Assembly: GCA_902547695.1 (NCBI GenBank)
Contig: CACCOR010000006.1
Coordinates: 15,945 to 79,944, forward strand
Reading direction: 5' to 3'
Source of the DNA: an uncultured SAR86 cluster bacterium
GTDB taxonomy: Bacteria; Pseudomonadota; Gammaproteobacteria; Magnimaribacterales; D2472
Length of the DNA: 64,000 bases
Shown here: positions 40,646-49,490 of the stretch, one piece after another
Numbering within the stretch: the first letter of the stretch is position 1
How the letters are laid out: each line of letters begins with the position of its first letter
Position numbers and translations under genes: made by a program
The notes under the pieces: model-generated
What the model was told of the DNA's origin: nothing
Databases searched by the model: none
Seen by the model: the letters and a program-made list of their open reading frames with translations, nothing else

Positions 40646-41839
40646 ATGACTAATTTAGATAAATTTAGAGAAGAAACAAAAGAATGGCTTGATAAAAACT
40701 GTCCTCCTTCGATGAGAAGTGGTGCAGATCCTAAGATACCCGTTGATGAGGTTTGGGGTGGCAGAAATGCAGAATATAAAAATCCTGAATCCAAACTATG
40801 GTTAGATAGAATGGGTGAAAAAGGATGGACTATGCCAACTGTACCAAAGGAATATGGCGGTGGTGGTCTTTCAAAAGATGAAGTTAAGGTGCTTAATGAA
40901 GAATTATTTAGAATTGGTGCAAAACAACCTCTGCTGAGTTTTGGCATATGGATGCTTGCACCTGTATTGCTTGAGTACGGCTCTGAAGAACAAAAAAAAG
41001 AACATATACCAAAAATTATTAAAGGTGAAATAAGATGGTGTCAAGGATACTCAGAACCTGGATCAGGATCAGATTTGGCCAGTCTTTCTACAAAAGCTGA
41101 AGATATTGGTGAGAAATTTCTAGTAAATGGTCAAAAGGTGTGGACGTCATATGCAGACAAAGCAGATTGGATATTTGCATTAGTAAGAACAGGTCCTAAA
41201 GAACCAAAACATGATGGTATAAGTTTTTTGTTAATAGACATGGCTACTAAAGGAGTTAGTACAAAGCCTATTACACTCATATCAGGAAAATCGCCATTTT
41301 GTGAAACATTCTTTGATAACGTAGAGGTTTCTAAAGGAAACTTAATAGGTGAGTTAAACGCTGGTTGGACTATTGCAAAAAAACTTTTGCAACATGAAAG
41401 AGCCTTCATTTCAAATTTTGGTCTTGCTGCTGGTATGGGTAGTAAAAGAGATATTGTATCAATTGCTAAAAAGCATTTAGGTGAAGAAAATGGGAAAATT
41501 AATAATGGCTTTTACCGATCTGAAATATCATCACATAAGATTAAAGAGCATGCTTTTGGTCTTACTTTAAAAAGAGCTGGAGATGAAGGAGGTAAAGCAA
41601 GCGCAACAGCATCTATGTTTAAACTTTATGGAACAGAACATAATAAAAAAAGGCATGAACTTATGGTTGCCGCTTCAGGAATTAATGGAGTTGCATGGGA
41701 TGGTGACGAATTTGATGATAACGATAAGAATTTAACAAGAGCTTGGCTTAGGACTAAAGGAAACTCAATTGAAGGTGGAACCTCAGAGGTTCAACTTAAT
41801 GTTATTTCTAAAAGAGTACTTGGACTTCCAAGTCAATAA
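40646..41839 (+). CDS. acyl-CoA dehydrogenase family protein (first of tandem pair 1)
   Basis: IRWCQGYSEPGSGSDLASL, NGQKVWTS and IEGGTSEVQLNVI. Start taken at MTNLDKF (ATG 40646). Confidence 0.86.
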   Translation: MTNLDKFREETKEWLDKNCPPSMRSGADPKIPVDEVWGGRNAEYKNPESKLWLDRMGEKGWTMPTVPKEYGGGGLSKDEVKVLNEELFRIGAKQPLLSFGIWMLAPVLLEYGSEEQKKEHIPKIIKGEIRWCQGYSEPGSGSDLASLSTKAEDIGEKFLVNGQKVWTSYADKADWIFALVRTGPKEPKHDGISFLLIDMATKGVSTKPITLISGKSPFCETFFDNVEVSKGNLIGELNAGWTIAKKLLQHERAFISNFGLAAGMGSKRDIVSIAKKHLGEENGKINNGFYRSEISSHKIKEHAFGLTLKRAGDEGGKASATASMFKLYGTEHNKKRHELMVAASGINGVAWDGDEFDDNDKNLTRAWLRTKGNSIEGGTSEVQLNVISKRVLGLPSQ

Positions 41840-41845
41840 TCATAG

Positions 41846-42985
41846 ATGAAATTAGTACTATCAGAAGAAGAACAGTTTCTTAAAGATACAGCAAAAAACT
41901 TTGCTGAAGAAAGATCGCCAATATCTCATTTTAGATCCTTGAGAGATAATAATGATCGCAAATTATGGGATAAAGATATTTGGTCAGAAATGGTAAAACT
42001 TGGCTGGCCAGGAATATTAATTCCTGAAGAATTTGGAGGCTCTAATTTTGGAGTCACAGGTATTGGTGTCATATTACAAGAGTGTGCAAAAACACTAACG
42101 CCCTCTCCACTTTTTGCAACAGGTGTTTTAGGTGCTTATGCTATTTCTGAGTTTGGAAATGATGAACAGAAAAATAATTTTCTGCCTAAAATTGTAAATG
42201 GAGAAATCACTACAGCACTTGCTGTAGATGAAACAAGTCATCATGACCCATATGCCACTGAATTATTTGCTAAAAAAAATAACTCGGGTTTCACTTTAAG
42301 TGGAAAAAAAATATTTGTAATTGATGGAGCCAGCGCTGATCTTCTAATTGTTCTAGCAAGAACATCTGGTTCAAAGGGTGATTCAACAGGTTTATCTTTA
42401 TTTATTATGGATTCGAATCAATCTGGTATTGAAGCAAAAAAACTTGATATGGCAGATTCTAGAAACTATGCAAATATATATTTTAATGATGTTAGTGTTG
42501 ATGAGTCATCGCTATTAGGAGATCTTGAAACTGCAGGAGAAACTGTTGAGAGCATTCTGGATATTGGAAGAATTGCTATGTCTGCTGAAATGCTTGGAAA
42601 TGCAGAATCCGCCTTTGAAATAACTCTCGATTATTTAAAGCAAAGAAAACAATTTGGTGCATTGATAGGTTCTTTTCAAGCACTGCAACATAGAGCTGCT
42701 GAAATGTTTTGTGAGATAGAATTAACAAAATCTTCAGTATTAGCAGCTATGAGAGCAGCTGATGAAAATTCAAATGAGCTTCAAAGACTATCTAGTCTTT
42801 CAAAAACAGTTGCAGGAGAAACTCTCCACTTAGTATCCAACGAGGCAATTCAGATGCATGGTGGTATTGGAGTAACTGATGAATATGATATCGGCTTCTT
42901 CCTCAAAAGAGCTAGAGTTACTGAGCAGATTTTTGGTAGTGCAAAGTATCATACTGAGAGGTATGCAAACTTAAGCGGTTTTTAG
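41846..42985 (+). CDS. acyl-CoA dehydrogenase family protein (second of tandem pair 1)
   Basis: ACAD fold: GWPGILIPEEFGG, FGALIGSFQALQH and QMHGGIGVTDEYDIGFFLKRAR. Begins 6 nt after its partner. Confidence 0.85.
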   Translation: MKLVLSEEEQFLKDTAKNFAEERSPISHFRSLRDNNDRKLWDKDIWSEMVKLGWPGILIPEEFGGSNFGVTGIGVILQECAKTLTPSPLFATGVLGAYAISEFGNDEQKNNFLPKIVNGEITTALAVDETSHHDPYATELFAKKNNSGFTLSGKKIFVIDGASADLLIVLARTSGSKGDSTGLSLFIMDSNQSGIEAKKLDMADSRNYANIYFNDVSVDESSLLGDLETAGETVESILDIGRIAMSAEMLGNAESAFEITLDYLKQRKQFGALIGSFQALQHRAAEMFCEIELTKSSVLAAMRAADENSNELQRLSSLSKTVAGETLHLVSNEAIQMHGGIGVTDEYDIGFFLKRARVTEQIFGSAKYHTERYANLSGF

Positions 42986-42999
42986 AGGGTCTTAATATA

Positions 43000-43890
43000 G
43001 TGGTGACGACAATCAAATCAATTTTAATTGGTTTAATTACGTTTATTTTAATATTATCAGAGCTTATATTAGGGTTTGGCACTCTTGCAGTAATTAATAT
43101 ACCAAGAGCAATAATACCTATAAAAGCATTTAAAATTCATCTCAGTAAAGTATCAAACTTCATTGGAGACCTTACTGTTTATGGTTTAAAGATTATTATG
43201 ATTGTCATGCATGGTGACAACATTAAATTAATTGAAAAGAATAAAGACTTTGCTCTAGACGAATGGTACATGGCCATGTCGAATCATCAATCATGGGCAG
43301 ATATTTTTGTATTGCTAGTTGCTGCAAATTATAAGATTCCTCTTTTAAAATTTTTTATGAAAAAAGAGTTGTGGTGGATACCTTTTGTTTTTTTAGCGAA
43401 CAAGACATTAAATATGCCTTTTGTAAATAGACATTCAAAAGAAGACTTAGAGAAAGATCCCTCCCTAAGAACAAAAGATTATGAAAATACTCTTAAATCT
43501 TGCAAACGTTTTCTAAGATCTCCATCTACCATATTTAGTTATGCCGAAGGAACAAGATTTACAAAAGAAAAACATAAATTACAAAAATCGCCATATCAGA
43601 ATCTGCTCATTCCAAAAATTGGAGGCATGGCAACCGCTCTGTCTGCAATGCCAAAAATCAACACATTAATTGATTACACCCTTGTCTATAAAAGTGATAA
43701 GAGAAGTGCATGGAATTTTTTAACTGGTGAAATGAGTGAAGTTAAAGTTCTTGTTACAAAACATAATATTCCTGAAAATCTTAAGAATAGAAATTATTCA
43801 GAAGATCAAAAATATAGAGAAGATTTTAAAAACTGGATTGAATCAATATGGGATCAAAAAGATAAAGATATAGAAAATTTAAAGTTCTAA
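43000..43890 (+). CDS. YihG-like PlsC-family acyltransferase
   Basis: HX4D motif SNHQSWADI and YAEGTRFT. Colinear with E. coli YihG as I recall it (NHRSWADI, FVEGSRFT, QNLLPPK versus QNLLIPK). GTG start. Confidence 0.78.
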   Translation: MVTTIKSILIGLITFILILSELILGFGTLAVINIPRAIIPIKAFKIHLSKVSNFIGDLTVYGLKIIMIVMHGDNIKLIEKNKDFALDEWYMAMSNHQSWADIFVLLVAANYKIPLLKFFMKKELWWIPFVFLANKTLNMPFVNRHSKEDLEKDPSLRTKDYENTLKSCKRFLRSPSTIFSYAEGTRFTKEKHKLQKSPYQNLLIPKIGGMATALSAMPKINTLIDYTLVYKSDKRSAWNFLTGEMSEVKVLVTKHNIPENLKNRNYSEDQKYREDFKNWIESIWDQKDKDIENLKF

Positions 43891-44364
43891 TTTTTTTTTA
43901 CTAATAATCCACCCATTACTGTCAATATAAATCCAATCGCCAGGATTTATTTCTACCGAACCAAGCTTTATTGGAACATCTTTTTTTCCAATGCCCAAAG
44001 ATTTATTTGTTTTTTTTGGATAGGTGTTTTGTGCATACACTCCTATATCAATGTTCTGAATAATTTCAACATCTCTGATGCAACCATTTGTTAATATTCC
44101 ATTCCATTTATTCTCATACGCTTTTTGAGCAATCTGATCACCAACCATTGAGCATAATTCTGACCCAGTATGTTCAATCAATAAAACTTTTCCCTCGCCA
44201 TGTTCATTCACAAACTCTTTGACAATACTGTTTGAATGTTCACACTTGGCTGTATGAATTTGACCAAAAAATTTATTTTTTGAGCCATATGAGTTCAAAA
44301 AAAGATCCCCTATTTGAATATCACTAAATTCATCACATATATCAGGTATAGAAAAGTTATACAT
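43879..44364 (-). CDS. RraA-family protein (RNase E regulator / HMG-aldolase-like)
   Basis: 161 aa; the pattern MYNFSIPDICDEF...GGDxxxAxxGD...NGWxGIxxxGCIRD is typical of the RraA family. Confidence 0.78.
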   Translation of the reverse strand: MYNFSIPDICDEFSDIQIGDLFLNSYGSKNKFFGQIHTAKCEHSNSIVKEFVNEHGEGKVLLIEHTGSELCSMVGDQIAQKAYENKWNGILTNGCIRDVEIIQNIDIGVYAQNTYPKKTNKSLGIGKKDVPIKLGSVEINPGDWIYIDSNGWIISKKKLEL

Positions 44365-44433
44365 ACTTCTATTCTAATTCATTCTAAATTTAATGTAATA
44401 TAAACTGTATAAAGTATTTCTTTGGGAGTATTT

Positions 44434-45588
44434 ATGAAATCACAAATTTGTAAAATTCTTGATATAGAGTTTCCTCTTGTAGCATTTAGTCATTGTAGAG
44501 ATGTTGTTGCTGCTGTATCAAAGGCAGGTGGTATGGGTGTTCTTGGAGCTGTAGGCCTATCTCCTGAAAAGCTTGAAATTGAATTAAATTGGATTGATGA
44601 GAATATTGATGGCAAGCCTTATGGTGTTGATGTTTTGGTACCTAATTCATATGTTGGCAAAGGCGAAAATCTAACCACAAACGACTTAAGAGCAATGATA
44701 CCTCAAGAACACAGAGAGTTTAGAGCAGATATTTTAGAACAACATGATATAGATGCAGCTGATTTAAGAGGTGGTGATGCCTCTGAAAAAATAGAACAAA
44801 GTTCAAATCAAGTCTTAGGAGCAGGACTTGATGGTGCCAAAGAAGTGCTTGAGGTTGCTTTTTCTCATCCAATTAAGCTTGTAGCAAATGCATTAGGCGT
44901 ACCTCCAAAATGGATGTTAGATATGGGGAAACAAAATAATGTTCCTGTTGCAGCGCTAGTTGGAGCAAAACAACATGCAGTCAAGCAAGCTGAAGCAGGA
45001 GTAGATATTATTGTTGTATCTGGCACTGAAGGAGGCGGTCATTGCGGAAGTGTTTCAACAATGGTTTTAGTTCCTGAAGTTAGAAGAGCTCTTAAATCAT
45101 ATGGTGATGTGCCTATACTTGCAGCTGGAGGTATTTGTACTGGTGAACAAATGGCAGGTGTTATGGCTATGGGAGCGGACGGAGTATGGTGTGCGTCTGT
45201 TTTTCTTCCAACAACTGAAGCTGAAACATCTGATAATATTAAAGAAAAATTAGTTGCTGCATCATCAAGTCACACTGTTAGATCAAAAAGTAGAACTGGA
45301 AAACATTCAAGACAATTAACATCTCCATGGGTTGAAGCATGGGAAGGTAAAGATGCGCCAGAGCCACTACCTATGCCTCTTCAAACAATGGTGAGTGAGC
45401 CAGCTCTTAGGAAGGTTGCTGATCAAGCAGCAATTGGACATGAAGGAGCTAAACAACTTGAAACATATTGGGTTGGTCAAGGAATTGGATTGGTAAATGA
45501 ATCCATTACTGCCGGACAAACAGTTCAAAAATTTAAAGAAGAATTCATAGATTCCTATGAAAGGATTAATGAACTTATTTCTGATTAA
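44434..45588 (+). CDS. nitronate monooxygenase / NMO-family FMN oxidoreductase
   Basis: FPLVAFSH, VVSGTEGGGHCG and LAAGGI. ATG 44434 is preceded by GGGAG; the track start 44422 is a TTG. Confidence 0.83.
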   Translation: MKSQICKILDIEFPLVAFSHCRDVVAAVSKAGGMGVLGAVGLSPEKLEIELNWIDENIDGKPYGVDVLVPNSYVGKGENLTTNDLRAMIPQEHREFRADILEQHDIDAADLRGGDASEKIEQSSNQVLGAGLDGAKEVLEVAFSHPIKLVANALGVPPKWMLDMGKQNNVPVAALVGAKQHAVKQAEAGVDIIVVSGTEGGGHCGSVSTMVLVPEVRRALKSYGDVPILAAGGICTGEQMAGVMAMGADGVWCASVFLPTTEAETSDNIKEKLVAASSSHTVRSKSRTGKHSRQLTSPWVEAWEGKDAPEPLPMPLQTMVSEPALRKVADQAAIGHEGAKQLETYWVGQGIGLVNESITAGQTVQKFKEEFIDSYERINELISD

Positions 45589-45607
45589 ATTAATTGGACA
45601 ATTCTAA

Positions 45608-47539
45608 TTGGTTAAAATCCTTAAAAATCTCTTTATTGTTATTACCTGTTTTATAACAATAGTTTTTATCTATGGATTCATAAATTATTCAAAACCATTT
45701 GAAAAGTTAAAAATTAATAATTTTTTGTATGATGAAATTCAAATACTAATTATTGATAATCAAGAGTTTAGAGATCTAAATAAGAATAGCATCCTAGATG
45801 TCTATGAAGATCATAGATTAGATGCTCAAACAAGAAGCATTGATCTATTGAGTGAAATGACTCTTGAGGAAAAAGTTGGTCAGATGTTTCACCCTCCATT
45901 TATCTTAGAACCAGATTTGCTAATGTTCCTTTATGAGGTTGCAATTAGAGGAAATAAATTAACTGAATCTCATATTGTTGAAGACAATATTACTCATTTT
46001 AATCTTTACGGAAATCCAAGTCCTGTTAAATTAGGTAGTAGGATAAATTATTTACAAAAAATTGCATCAAGAACAAGGTTAGGTATACCTATAACTATAA
46101 GCTCTGATCCAATCCATGAAGTACCTAGAGGTGGTGGGATTGCATCATTTTCAGTAGATGGATTTTCAAAATGGCCTTCTCAATTAGGTTTTGCTGCCTC
46201 ACAAGATCCAAATTTAGTAAGAAGATTTGCGGAGGTTGCTAGAGAAGAATATCTTGCAGTTGGAATTAGAACAGCCTTGCATCCCATGTCAGATTTATCA
46301 ACAGATCCAAGATGGGCGAGAAATTTTGGTACTTTTGGTTCGAGTGCATATTTATCAAGCGATATGACCCTTGCATACATGGATGGATTTCAAGGAAAAG
46401 ATATTAATAATGATAGTGTTCTAACTATGGTGAAGCATTTTCCAGGTGGAGGTCCTCAAGAGGATGGTTTAGATGCTCATCTTTTTAGTGGGCGCAATCA
46501 AATATATCCTGGCAATAATTTTAATTACCACTTAATTCCTTTCAAAGAAGCTATCAAAAATAATTTAAAGGTCATCATGCCATACTATGGAATCCCTGTT
46601 GGGCAAACCAATGAGGAAGTTGCAATGGCTTTTAACAAATATGTTCTTACTGATTTATTAAGGAATGAACTTGGGTACAACGGAGTAATATGCTCTGATT
46701 GGGGAGTAATTACTGGAAGACATTGGGGTGTGAAAAGTCTATCCATAAAAGAAAGATATAAAAAATCTTTAGAGGCAGGAATTGATCAATATGGAGGTGA
46801 AAATGATCCCTCATATATAATAAATTTAGTTGAAGATGGTCATGTTTCTGAAGAAAGGGTTAACGAATCAGTTAGAAAAATTTTAATAAATAAATTTGAA
46901 TTAGGTTTGTTTGATAATCCTTATGTTGATGAGGATATTATTAACAAAAAAGTTAATACAATTGAGAATATTGAAGCAGGAATAGAGGCACAAAGACGTT
47001 CTATTGTTTTGCTTGAAAATAATGGAGTGCTTCCCTTAAAACAAGATACAAAAATATTTGTTGATGGACTTGATAAAAATATAGCAGCTCAATTTGGGAC
47101 ATTGGTGGAAAAAACCAAAGATGCAGATATTGTAATAATGTATATTCACACTGTGTTTAATGGTAATCAAGAATCTGGTTTAAATAGAGCATTTGATAAC
47201 TTCTTAAGTACCTTATTCCCAAATGGAGATTTAAATTTCAATGAAGAAATATTAGATAAAGTCAAAAAATATTCAAAAGATAAAGATTTAATTGTAGTTG
47301 TTGATTTAAATAGACCTGCAATTCTAGCTAGCATCAAAGAAAGTGTTTCAGGCTTGATTGGAACATTTGGTGTTGAAGATAGCGTAATATTTGAGGGCTT
47401 ATATGGGCAGTTCAATCCGTCAGGCAGATTACCTTTTGAGATACCATCCTCAATGGAATCTGTTTTGAATCAAAAAGAGGATATGCCTGATGATACATCG
47501 AATCCTACATACGAATATGGGTATGGAGCTAGCTACTAA
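45608..47539 (+). CDS. glycoside hydrolase family 3 (beta-glucosidase/BglX-like) with N-terminal membrane anchor
   Basis: KHFPGGGPQEDG and nucleophile region GVICSDWG. N-terminal hydrophobic helix LFIVITCFITIVFIYGF. TTG start. Confidence 0.85.
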   Translation: MVKILKNLFIVITCFITIVFIYGFINYSKPFEKLKINNFLYDEIQILIIDNQEFRDLNKNSILDVYEDHRLDAQTRSIDLLSEMTLEEKVGQMFHPPFILEPDLLMFLYEVAIRGNKLTESHIVEDNITHFNLYGNPSPVKLGSRINYLQKIASRTRLGIPITISSDPIHEVPRGGGIASFSVDGFSKWPSQLGFAASQDPNLVRRFAEVAREEYLAVGIRTALHPMSDLSTDPRWARNFGTFGSSAYLSSDMTLAYMDGFQGKDINNDSVLTMVKHFPGGGPQEDGLDAHLFSGRNQIYPGNNFNYHLIPFKEAIKNNLKVIMPYYGIPVGQTNEEVAMAFNKYVLTDLLRNELGYNGVICSDWGVITGRHWGVKSLSIKERYKKSLEAGIDQYGGENDPSYIINLVEDGHVSEERVNESVRKILINKFELGLFDNPYVDEDIINKKVNTIENIEAGIEAQRRSIVLLENNGVLPLKQDTKIFVDGLDKNIAAQFGTLVEKTKDADIVIMYIHTVFNGNQESGLNRAFDNFLSTLFPNGDLNFNEEILDKVKKYSKDKDLIVVVDLNRPAILASIKESVSGLIGTFGVEDSVIFEGLYGQFNPSGRLPFEIPSSMESVLNQKEDMPDDTSNPTYEYGYGASY

Positions 47540-48795
47540 GAAATTTCGTTTCTTGGTTTAAATTCCAATACGGTAGCATTGATACAATATCTTGGCATGC
47601 CATTTGGACCATCATCAAATACATGTCCCAAATGTATATCCGAGGAAACTGATCTTATTTCAGTCCTTTTCATACCGTAACTATTATCAGGAAGTTCATA
47701 TACAGATCCATCAACAGGTTTCGTGAAAGATAACCAACCAGACCTTGAGACAAATCTATTTCTTGTATCAAAAAGAGGTTCTCCACTGAGCTTATCTATA
47801 AAGATACCATCTGGTGTATTTTTAAAAATTTGATATTCTTTGCAAAAACGTGCATCAGTTCCTTTGTTAAATGCGACGTTATATGCCTCTGAATTTCCTA
47901 ATTTAAATTTACCCAATAATTGATAAAAATCTTTTTGATTTATATATCCCTGATACGAAAAAATCTCTTTTCCATTTTCTAGAAAAATTAAAGATGGAGT
48001 AGCCCAGGTAGGAGATTTAATTTCAAGGCCATGTAACTGATCAGAAGTTCTATAGCTCAAGGGGATGCTTCCTTTATAGCTATTAGTCACATCATCCTTG
48101 AATTTTTCACAGTAAGGACAATAATTTTGTGAGTCTAGAACTAATATTTGCTTTCCCGTAAGAAGATATTCATTATCTTCGAAAATTTTTTCTTCATCGT
48201 TAAAAACAATTCCTGTTGATAGGTCTGGACAATAGCCATTAGGATTCTTTTTTAAATAATCCTGATGATATTCTTCTGCTAGATAAAAGTTATCTAAAGG
48301 CTCCAGCTTGGTTCTAATTTTTCCATAACCTCCCTCAATTAGGAGAGCTTGATATTCAGCTATAATCCTTTCTGCGAGTTCTTTCTGAGATTCATTTTGA
48401 AAAAGAATTGTTGATCTATATTGAGTACCTATATCATTGCCCTGCCTATTATGTTGAGTAGGATCATGAGTCTCAAAAAAGTGTTTTAATATATTTTCAA
48501 GGGATATGGCATTACTATTAAAAGTTACTTTCACTACTTCCGCAAAATTCTTTTCGTTATACTTATTTTTAAACTGAATTATAGATCTGTAATTTGGTTT
48601 TATGCCATATCCATTTGCATAGCCAGATTCTGCATTGATAACTCCATCCATTAATTCATAGCCCTTTTCAGCCCCCCAAAAGCAACCTGATCCCAGATAA
48701 ATTGTTTCAAGATGCGAGGTTTTACTTGCACCTAGATATGGAGTTATTAATAAAACTAGTATTAAATAATTTAAGATTTTAACTTTCTGGTTCAT
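47536..48795 (-). CDS. secreted methionine sulfoxide reductase fusion: MsrA / CPYC thioredoxin-fold / MsrB
   Basis: Signal peptide MNQKVKILNYLILVLLITPYLGAS. MsrA blocks GCFWGAEKG and AEEYHQDYLKKNPNGYC. Middle domain NYCPYCEKF...ATPSLIF. MsrB blocks HLGHVFDDGP and RYCINA. Start trimmed to ATG 48795. Confidence 0.85.
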   Translation of the reverse strand: MNQKVKILNYLILVLLITPYLGASKTSHLETIYLGSGCFWGAEKGYELMDGVINAESGYANGYGIKPNYRSIIQFKNKYNEKNFAEVVKVTFNSNAISLENILKHFFETHDPTQHNRQGNDIGTQYRSTILFQNESQKELAERIIAEYQALLIEGGYGKIRTKLEPLDNFYLAEEYHQDYLKKNPNGYCPDLSTGIVFNDEEKIFEDNEYLLTGKQILVLDSQNYCPYCEKFKDDVTNSYKGSIPLSYRTSDQLHGLEIKSPTWATPSLIFLENGKEIFSYQGYINQKDFYQLLGKFKLGNSEAYNVAFNKGTDARFCKEYQIFKNTPDGIFIDKLSGEPLFDTRNRFVSRSGWLSFTKPVDGSVYELPDNSYGMKRTEIRSVSSDIHLGHVFDDGPNGMPRYCINATVLEFKPRNEIS

Positions 48796-49399
48796 ATTTA
48801 TAACTCTTACTTTTAATAAAAGCAGGTCTTGAAAATAGATTATCAGACCACCTCTTAATATTTGGTTTAAATGCTTGCTCAATACCGAGTGCTTCAGCAA
48901 GATTTATTGCATAACTAACACAAATATCTGCTAACGTGAAACGATTTGAGCACAAGTACTCTTTATTATCTAGGGATTTTTCAAGAAGTTTCAACCTAGA
49001 AACAAACCATCTGCTATATCCTTCAACAGCAGCGTCAGCAACTCCTGGTTCCTGAAATTTATATCTCAAAACTACTGTTTGCGGAAAAGTTAACGTAGCA
49101 TCAGAATGAAATAGCCAATTTAAATATAACGGGTAATCATCTTCATTTGGTAATACTTGAAGATCAGTTGGGCCATACTTTTCTACAAAATATTGAGAAA
49201 TTGCAACGGATTCTGTCATTTTAACGTCTCCATCGATCATATATGGAACTGTTCCAAGTATATTAATATCTAAATATTCTTTCATAAATACTCTTGGAGG
49301 AAATGGCATCATGATTAATTTATAATCAAGCCCCATTTCTTCTGCAGTCCATATTGGTCGCATGGCTCTAGAATTTTCTGTACCGTATATTTTTATCAT
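48779..49399 (-). CDS. glutathione S-transferase
   Basis: N-terminal thioredoxin-like domain (VPYMIDGDVKMTESVAISQYF) plus C-terminal helical domain; 206 aa. Confidence 0.85.
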   Translation of the reverse strand: MIKIYGTENSRAMRPIWTAEEMGLDYKLIMMPFPPRVFMKEYLDINILGTVPYMIDGDVKMTESVAISQYFVEKYGPTDLQVLPNEDDYPLYLNWLFHSDATLTFPQTVVLRYKFQEPGVADAAVEGYSRWFVSRLKLLEKSLDNKEYLCSNRFTLADICVSYAINLAEALGIEQAFKPNIKRWSDNLFSRPAFIKSKSYKYEPES

Positions 49400-49437
49400 A
49401 TTTTGAAATTTTAAATGGTTATTTTACATCTATTTAG

Positions 49438-49465
49438 TGGTAATATTAATGATAATATATTACCA
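49438..49465. promoter_or_regulatory. candidate operator: 9-nt perfect inverted repeat upstream of the carboxylase cluster
   Basis: TGGTAATAT-taatgataat-ATATTACCA, 26 nt upstream of ATG 49491, in the only sizeable non-coding gap (91 nt) preceding a cluster that contains a TetR gene. Confidence 0.45.
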
Positions 49466-49490
49466 TTAATGTTCAATTTGGGTTTACATT

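Noticed and set aside
44371-44390. Tandem near-repeat ATTCTAATT / ATTCTAAATT in the rraA/NMO divergent promoter region
   Set aside because: There are only two imperfect copies of an AT-rich 9- to 10-mer and no associated regulator gene. I cannot distinguish this from background.
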